Shown piece after piece: positions 26,129 through 34,015 of a stretch of 34,015 nucleotides of DNA. The stretch spans positions 1,158,772-1,192,786 of the forward strand of contig CP070633.1 of the NCBI GenBank assembly GCA_020356085.1, written 5' to 3'. Both the position numbers and the translations under genes were made by a program. The number at the start of each line of letters is the position of its first letter. Positions within the stretch are counted from its first letter, which is position 1. The notes under the pieces are model-generated. The model was given only the letters and a program-made list of their open reading frames with translations, was not told the origin of the DNA and did no database searches. The stretch is from Candidatus Coatesbacteria bacterium (GTDB lineage Bacteria; RBG-13-66-14; B26-G2; WVWN01).

Positions 26129-26856
26129 TGGCCGAACCTCATATCAAACTCCGCGGCATATCTAAGATCTATCACATGGGAGGCGAAGACGTCGCCGCGC
26201 TGCAGGATATCGACCTCGACCTCGACCGCGGCGAATACTTCGCCATCATGGGGCCGTCGGGGTCCGGGAAATCGACGCTGATGAACGTTATCGGCTGCCT
26301 GGACGTCCCCACCAGCGGTTCCTACCACCTCGACGGCCAGGAGATTGCCACGGCGACGGAAGACGAACTCGCGGCCATTCGCAACCGGGAAATCGGCTTC
26401 GTCTTTCAGACGTTCAACCTCCTGCCGCGCTCAACCGCAGCTAAAAACGTAGAGCTCCCGCTGATTTACGCTGGCGTGCCCCCCGACGAGCGCCGCGAGC
26501 GGGCCGCCGAAACCCTAGCTATAGTCGGCCTGGAAAAGCGCGGCCACCACAAACCCAACGAGATGTCCGGAGGCGAAAGGCAGCGCGTCGCCATCGCCCG
26601 GGCGCTTATCAACCGGCCTTCGATCGTCCTGGCCGACGAACCTACCGGGAACCTCGACACTAAAATCGGCGAAGAGATCTTGGAAGTATTCCAAGAGATT
26701 AACGACGAGGGCAAAACCCTCGTCGTCGTAACGCACGACCCGGACGTCGCGGCGCGGGCCCGCCGAATCATAGTTCTCCGCGACGGCCGCATCGTAAAGG
26801 GCGCGGGAGAGAAAATAAAAAACCGCCGGAACGCGGCGGCCTCGGCCGGAAAATAA
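26128..26856 (+). CDS. ABC transporter ATP-binding protein (MacB/LolD type)
   Basis: GPSGSGKS, IGFVFQTFNLL, MSGGERQRVAIARAL, ADEPTGNLD, VVTHD. Confidence 0.96.
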   Translation: MAEPHIKLRGISKIYHMGGEDVAALQDIDLDLDRGEYFAIMGPSGSGKSTLMNVIGCLDVPTSGSYHLDGQEIATATEDELAAIRNREIGFVFQTFNLLPRSTAAKNVELPLIYAGVPPDERRERAAETLAIVGLEKRGHHKPNEMSGGERQRVAIARALINRPSIVLADEPTGNLDTKIGEEILEVFQEINDEGKTLVVVTHDPDVAARARRIIVLRDGRIVKGAGEKIKNRRNAAASAGK

Positions 26857-26860
26857 CGCG

Positions 26861-27625
26861 CTAGTAAATCTCGGCCGGGATACCCGCCTCCTCGCACACC
26901 CGACGAGCGATGCCCGCCAACCGCTCCCGCGGCACCATCCGGACGCCGGCCCGCGCCACCGGCCTATCCGTGGTGTAGATCTGTACCGCCGCCGGCCGGA
27001 CGATTCCCACGATCCGAACGTAATCCGCGACCGCCCCGTCGTCGGCGTTCCCCGGGTTATCGGCCACAAAGCACGATTGGGCGACGAAGTGCTTCATCGC
27101 CTCCAGGCCGGCCACGATATCCTCGAACTTCACGCCCGGAGCCGGAACGTTGATCGCCTCGAACGCCGCCGCCGAACCGACGTCGAGTTTCATAATCGGA
27201 AGGTCCACCCGCGCCAGCGCGGCCCGCGTCCGCTCCTCGCCCACCATACTCGAGTTGGAGAGGACCGCCACCTTCGCCTCCGGGCAGAGCCGGTCTCGTA
27301 CGTCACGTACAGCCTCCACGATCGCGGGGAACTCCGGGTGGAGCGTCGGCTCGCCGTTCCCCGAAAACGTTAGGTAGCCGGGAGGGTCGATCCCGGGGAG
27401 GGCGGCCGCCAACGCCTCCGCCACCTCGTCGCAGGAAGGGAACATGTCCTCCGCCCCCGCGGCGGAGGCGAGATGACGGGTCGTCGGGCCGTACTGGCAA
27501 TAGACGCAATCGAACGAACAGACGTTGGCCGTCGTGGAGGAGAGGTTAATCCCCAGCGACGGGCCCAGCCGGCGGGAGGCGATGGGGCCGTAGATAATGG
27601 TTTTTTGGAGCTCGAGCACGGACAT
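26861..27625 (-). CDS. Radical SAM protein (COG0731 / TYW1-like group)
   Basis: IIYGPIASRRLGPSLGINL, CSFDCVYC, TFSGNGEPTLHP, VQIYTTDRP. Start at ATG 27625. Confidence 0.9.
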   Translation of the reverse strand: MSVLELQKTIIYGPIASRRLGPSLGINLSSTTANVCSFDCVYCQYGPTTRHLASAAGAEDMFPSCDEVAEALAAALPGIDPPGYLTFSGNGEPTLHPEFPAIVEAVRDVRDRLCPEAKVAVLSNSSMVGEERTRAALARVDLPIMKLDVGSAAAFEAINVPAPGVKFEDIVAGLEAMKHFVAQSCFVADNPGNADDGAVADYVRIVGIVRPAAVQIYTTDRPVARAGVRMVPRERLAGIARRVCEEAGIPAEIY

Positions 27626-27631
27626 CGCCCG

Positions 27632-27660
27632 ATGATATAATAAATCCAGGCCGCGAACAA
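27632..27660. promoter_or_regulatory. Bidirectional promoter with overlapping -10 elements
   Basis: Plus strand TGaTATAAT (27633-27641). Minus strand TTGTTC, 17 bp spacer, TATCAT (27660-27632). Confidence 0.6.
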
Positions 27661-27686
27661 CCATAAAGAACGGGGGTTCTACTGCT

Positions 27687-27887
27687 ATGGCCGACTGCAA
27701 GGTCGAAACCAATCTCGCCGCGTGCAACTGCACCTACGAACCGTGCGCTCGCAAGGGCCGGTGCTGCGAATGTATTACCTACCACCGGTCAATGGGCGAG
27801 CTGCCGGCGTGCTACTTCGACGCCGCCGCCGAGAAAACGTACGACCGGTCGATCTCGTACTTCGTCCAGCTAAACGCACGTGGTTAA
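27687..27887 (+). CDS. Small Cys-rich protein (DUF6485-like)
   Basis: [21 protein letters not shown]...LPACYF...EKTYDRS pattern. Confidence 0.85.
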   Translation: MADCKVETNLAACNCTYEPCARKGRCCECITYHRSMGELPACYFDAAAEKTYDRSISYFVQLNARG

Positions 27888-27894
27888 AAAAGCG

Positions 27895-27923
27895 TTGACC
27901 CGCGAAGGCGGTTGGCGTATAGT
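27895..27923 (+). promoter_or_regulatory. Sigma70 promoter
   Basis: TTGACC, 17 bp spacer, TATAGT. Confidence 0.7.
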
Positions 27924-27975
27924 GGGGCGGTACCCGGCCCCGCCGCCTCGGCGGGGAGCCGTATAAGAGAGGCGT

Positions 27976-28659
27976 ATGAAATTATCCATAATTATCCCCG
28001 TCTACGACGAAGAGGCCACCGTAAAACAGATCCTAGACCGTTGCCGCGCGCTCCCGCTCGACAAGGAGATCGTCGTCGTCGACGACGGCTCGACCGACGG
28101 AACGCGCGAAATACTCGGCCGCGAGGACGGCGTCGACGGCGTAACGGTCCGCTACCACGACGCAAACCGCGGCAAAGGCGCCGCCATCCGGACCGGCATC
28201 GAGGAGTGCACCGGCGATATCATCGTCATCCAGGACGCGGACCTCGAATACGTCCCGGAGGAGTTCCCCGGCCTTATCCGGCCCATCGTCGAAGAGTGGG
28301 CCGACGTCGTCTACGGCTCCCGCTTCCTCGGCACGCACCGCGTCTTCAAAGTCGTGCATTATTTCGGCAACAAATTCCTGACGCTGATTACCAACGTTCT
28401 GTACGACACCATGCTCACCGACATGGAGACCTGTTACAAAGCCTTCCGCGCGGAGATCATCAAAAACGTCACCATCAAATCGGACCGCTTCAACTTCGAA
28501 CCCGAAATAACGGCCAAGGTCTTTAAACAGAAAAAGCTCCGCGTTTACGAAATGCCGATAACCTACCACGGCCGCGACTACGACGAGGGGAAGAAGATAA
28601 CCTGGTTCGATGGCCTCCCGGCGCTGTGGGCCCTTATAAAATACCGCTTCGTCGACTGA
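27976..28659 (+). CDS. Glycosyltransferase family 2 (DPM1-like polyprenol-phosphate glycosyltransferase)
   Basis: [54 protein letters not shown]. Confidence 0.93.
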   Translation: MKLSIIIPVYDEEATVKQILDRCRALPLDKEIVVVDDGSTDGTREILGREDGVDGVTVRYHDANRGKGAAIRTGIEECTGDIIVIQDADLEYVPEEFPGLIRPIVEEWADVVYGSRFLGTHRVFKVVHYFGNKFLTLITNVLYDTMLTDMETCYKAFRAEIIKNVTIKSDRFNFEPEITAKVFKQKKLRVYEMPITYHGRDYDEGKKITWFDGLPALWALIKYRFVD

Positions 28660-28662
28660 GCG

Positions 28663-29223
28663 ATGGCCGAATTCCCGGTGAAGATCTGGTTGGCGGCCGT
28701 GAAATGGCCGCTAACCTTTTTTTTCAACCGCTTCGTGCTGCGCCGAACGCGCCTTCGCGCGACGCCGGCCTTCGCCGCGTGGGCGACGGCGGCGGCAGCC
28801 GGCGGTCCTCCCGCGATAGCCACCGCGGTCAAAACCCGCGTACGATACGCCAACGACCCGTTCGGCGGCCTACTCGACTACGTGGCCGCGCCCGAGGTCA
28901 CCTGGGCGCGCGGCTGGGGCGATTGCGACGACTTCTCCTACCTGACCGCGGAGGTCCTACGCCGCGCCGGCGTCGAGTGCTGGATTGCGACGTACGTATG
29001 CTGGAACGTCAAGGACTCGCACGTCGTTTGCCTTTTCCGCCTCGGCGAGCGGTACGCCCTTCTCGACCAAGGCGAATTACGTATGGACCTCGCCTCGCTG
29101 GCGGAGGCGGCCCGGGAGGCGAGGCCGACGGCGACGGTCGCCGCGCAGTACGTCCGGCCGTACCTCGCGGAGGCCATAGGCCGTTGGTTTTCGAGGCCCC
29201 CGGTCGCCGCAGCGAAAGAATGA
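28663..29223 (+). CDS. Transglutaminase-like cysteine protease-fold protein
   Basis: GDCDDFS (Cys), SHVVC (His) and LLDQG (Asp) in papain/transglutaminase order. Confidence 0.6.
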   Translation: MAEFPVKIWLAAVKWPLTFFFNRFVLRRTRLRATPAFAAWATAAAAGGPPAIATAVKTRVRYANDPFGGLLDYVAAPEVTWARGWGDCDDFSYLTAEVLRRAGVECWIATYVCWNVKDSHVVCLFRLGERYALLDQGELRMDLASLAEAAREARPTATVAAQYVRPYLAEAIGRWFSRPPVAAAKE

Positions 29224-29312
29224 TTTCCTATTGATTTCCCCCACCTTTTTATATTAACGTTGCGGCCCCGCGAAAAATAACCTTTCAATCGGTAAATCTG
29301 GAAGGAGCGCTT

Positions 29313-30206
29313 ATGTCCGACGAACTCATTATCCAAGGGTTAACGCTCGAGCAGTACGCGCTCTACAGCGCCGAGGCCAACCTGCTGCGCCAAAAATGGG
29401 AACAGAGCGAAGGGTCGTTAGATATCCGCGACGAAATGCTGGGGATCTTAAAGAAATACAGCCAAAACCCCGCGACCTGCATGGACGAGGAGGGCAACCT
29501 GAATTACCACGCCTGCGGCCTTATTGCCGAATGGCACGACGTCATTAACAAAGACGCCGAAATGATGACGCAGTACAGCCAGATCTCCGGCGACTACGTG
29601 TCGAAGCAGATGTTCGGAACCGCCGAGGCGACCGCCGGCGAGACGGTAGAGGGCGTGACGCTCGAGCAATACGCCGAGACGGCGGCCAAAACCCAGCACG
29701 CGAGCGAGGTGGAGGCGCCCGGCATTATTATGAATCTGGGTTATTACAAAGATATGGACCATTACGGCCGCGTGCGCGACGCCTTCACCAAAGCCATGGA
29801 GGAGGATGTTTCCCTCAAGCTCGCGACCCATTTCGGCCAGCTGTTCGCCAAGTACGGAACGGCCCATATGGAGGCCGCGACGCAGCATACAATCGACGTG
29901 GTAGCGGAGGCTATCGAAGAGGGCGAGGACCGCGACGCGCTAATCGAGGAAGCCGTCCGGGAGGTCGTAAAACGCGCGGCCGCCGGCGACGTCGCGGGAA
30001 TCGTCGATTACCTGAAGCAAACCTTCCCCGACGACGCCGACGACAACGACGCGCTCGATTGGTATCTCGACAAGGCGTGCGACTTGCTCGCCGAGGCCGG
30101 TAACCGCGACGCCGCCCGCCACCTCCTGGGAGTTCGGCACGGCCTCGTAGGCGAGGACGAAGATAGAGAGGAGTGGATCGAGAGTGAACTCGACTCCCTC
30201 TTCTAG
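29313..30206 (+). CDS. Acidic hypothetical protein with two GxTLEQYA repeats (DUF6620-like)
   Basis: SD AAGGAG. Repeats IQGLTLEQYA and VEGVTLEQYA. Helical composition. Confidence 0.7.
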   Translation: MSDELIIQGLTLEQYALYSAEANLLRQKWEQSEGSLDIRDEMLGILKKYSQNPATCMDEEGNLNYHACGLIAEWHDVINKDAEMMTQYSQISGDYVSKQMFGTAEATAGETVEGVTLEQYAETAAKTQHASEVEAPGIIMNLGYYKDMDHYGRVRDAFTKAMEEDVSLKLATHFGQLFAKYGTAHMEAATQHTIDVVAEAIEEGEDRDALIEEAVREVVKRAAAGDVAGIVDYLKQTFPDDADDNDALDWYLDKACDLLAEAGNRDAARHLLGVRHGLVGEDEDREEWIESELDSLF

Positions 30207-30603
30207 CGAACCTGAAATAGTCGCCGTCGCGCGGGCGAAGGCCGAATACATCAAGGCCGAAATGATGGCCGAGTTTAAGCGGCTCGACGCCGGCGAGACC
30301 CAACTCACGCCCGCCGTCGTAAAGACCTTCGAACGAAAGTGGAAAGGCGAGCTAAAAGAACTCGACGACCGGATCTTCACCGCCAGCGTCTCGCCGGGGG
30401 CGGAAGCGTACGTCGGCCCGCTGGAGGAAATGAAAAAAGAGCTGACCGGTTTTATCGACCAATACCTCCAAGCGCTCACTTACCACTACGTCCGTGAGGC
30501 GGGCGAGGCGCCGGCCGAGCCGACAGAGGACGAGAAAGCGCGGCGGCGCGCCGAACGTCGCGCACGGATGGAAAAATTCCGGCGGGGCGAAAAGCCGGAC
30601 TAA
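30184..30603 (+). CDS. Hypothetical helical protein
   Basis: Fills the gap between flanking genes with protein-like composition. Start uncertain (GTG 30184 or ATG 30262). Confidence 0.6.
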   Translation: MNSTPSSSEPEIVAVARAKAEYIKAEMMAEFKRLDAGETQLTPAVVKTFERKWKGELKELDDRIFTASVSPGAEAYVGPLEEMKKELTGFIDQYLQALTYHYVREAGEAPAEPTEDEKARRRAERRARMEKFRRGEKPD

Positions 30604-30648
30604 CCGCCGCGCGGCGGCCGGCGCCAAAGCTCTGAGGAGTGGATTATC

Positions 30649-31599
30649 GTGAAAGCGGTCGTTTTAACCAGCGGGAAGCTTTCGGCCCGCGAGGACTATC
30701 CCAAACCGGCGCCGGAACGCGACGAGGCGGTCGTCAAGGTTACCCTGGCGGGCGTATGCGACACCGACGTCCAGCTCGCCGGCGGGTATCTCTCGTTCGA
30801 GGGCGTCCCGGGCCACGAGTTCGTGGGCGTCGTGGAAGCCGGCTCCGCGGATTGGCTCGGCCAACGCGTCGTCGGCGAAATCAACTGTCCGTGCGGCGTA
30901 TGCGAGCGCTGCCTTGCGGGACGTGGAAACCATTGCGCGTACCGGACCGTGCTGGGGATAGACGGCCGCGACGGCGCCTTCGCCGAATACCTCCTGCTTC
31001 CGACCGCCAACCTTCACGTCGTCCCGGCCGGCCTTCCGGAGGAAAAAGCCGTCTTTACCGAACCGTTGGCGGCTGCGGTGAACGTCGTGGAGCTTACGCA
31101 CGTCGCCCCGACGGACCAGGTCGCCGTCGTGGGGGACGGCAAACTGGGTCTCCTCGTCGCCCAGGTCGTGAGTCTGACGGGGGCTGCGGTCGTCGTCGCC
31201 GGCCACCACCCCGGCCGCGCCGAAAAGCTCGCGCGGATGGGCCGCACGCTACCGCTCCTCGCCCCCGCCGACGTCCCCGCCAACCACTTCGACGTCGTCG
31301 TCGAGTGCACCGGCGCCGCCGACGGCCTGGACCACGCGCTGCGGTACGTCCGCCCGGCCGGCGTCGTCGTACTCAAGACGACTCTCGCCGACCCGTACAA
31401 CGTCGACCTGGCGGCCGCCGTCGTCGACGAGATCGCTATAGTCGGGAACCGGTGCGGCCCCTTTACCCCGGCACTCCACCTCCTGCAGGAGGGCCTGGTC
31501 GACCCGACGCCGCTCGTCGAGGAAACCCACGCCGTCGAGGATTTACCGGACCTTCTGGCGCGCGGCGCCCCCGGATTGAAACATTTAATCCGTCTCTAA
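30649..31599 (+). CDS. Zn-dependent medium-chain alcohol dehydrogenase (MDR family)
   Basis: GVCDTD, PGHEFVG, structural Zn motif CGVCERC...HC, GDGKLG Rossmann motif, SD GAGGAG. Confidence 0.92.
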   Translation: MKAVVLTSGKLSAREDYPKPAPERDEAVVKVTLAGVCDTDVQLAGGYLSFEGVPGHEFVGVVEAGSADWLGQRVVGEINCPCGVCERCLAGRGNHCAYRTVLGIDGRDGAFAEYLLLPTANLHVVPAGLPEEKAVFTEPLAAAVNVVELTHVAPTDQVAVVGDGKLGLLVAQVVSLTGAAVVVAGHHPGRAEKLARMGRTLPLLAPADVPANHFDVVVECTGAADGLDHALRYVRPAGVVVLKTTLADPYNVDLAAAVVDEIAIVGNRCGPFTPALHLLQEGLVDPTPLVEETHAVEDLPDLLARGAPGLKHLIRL

Positions 31600-31626
31600 A
31601 AAAACGGCGGCCGCCCGGCCGCCGTT
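31598..31626 (-). terminator. Intrinsic terminator between convergent genes
   Basis: AACGGCGGCC-gccc-GGCCGCCGTT with an A7 tract on its left side (U-tract on the minus strand). Confidence 0.75.
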
Positions 31627-31643
31627 CGCATTTCCAGTTCCCC

Positions 31644-31778
31644 CTACTCGCCTTTGGCTTCCAACCGTTTAACGCGCTCCTCCAGCGCTCGAAAGCGCCG
31701 CGCTTGCAGGAAATCGCCGACGAGATTGATAAGGTAGAGCAACGTTAAAAAAGACAACCAGATCGCGGCCCACTTCAT
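31644..31778 (-). CDS. Small 44-aa single-TM + coiled-coil protein (CcmD-like shape)
   Basis: Hand translation MKWAAIWLSFLTLLYLINLVGDFLQARRFRALEERVKRLEAKGE*. Strong SD GGAGGAGG. Starts 15 nt after the TonB receptor stop and precedes the terminator. Confidence 0.8.
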   Translation of the reverse strand: MKWAAIWLSFLTLLYLINLVGDFLQARRFRALEERVKRLEAKGE

Positions 31779-31793
31779 GTCAGCCTCCTCCGG

Positions 31794-34015
<2,222 letters not shown>

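Overview
GC-rich chromosomal segment from a diderm, probably anaerobic bacterium. The C-terminal VEPASLGRVKTLFH motif suggests an uncultured candidate-phylum lineage such as Ca. Coatesbacteria, which is an inference only. About 33 protein-coding genes are supported. Housekeeping and metabolic genes: thrS, pcrA/uvrD, gatC, gatA, recR, a transsulfuration PLP enzyme, porCDAB, a Zn-dependent dehydrogenase and a partial tadA. Signalling genes: an orphan histidine kinase, a Zn-ribbon/pseudo-cyclase/STAND/TPR protein and mglB-mglA-DUF4388. Envelope genes: a phosphoglycosyl transferase, a GT2, Kelch and LppM-like lipoproteins, a beta-propeller protein, a TonB-dependent receptor and a TolC-CPBP-MFP-ABC operon. 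I saw no rRNA, tRNA, CRISPR array or mobile element. The most notable observations are: a translationally coupled MacAB-TolC-like operon with a CAAX/CPBP protease but no permease; an MglA with a CxxC P-loop next to a degenerate cyclase-STAND protein; two small ORFs missed by the ORF track (a Tat-motif peptide and a CcmD-like peptide); recurrent leaderless and bidirectional promoters; and structured 5' leaders.
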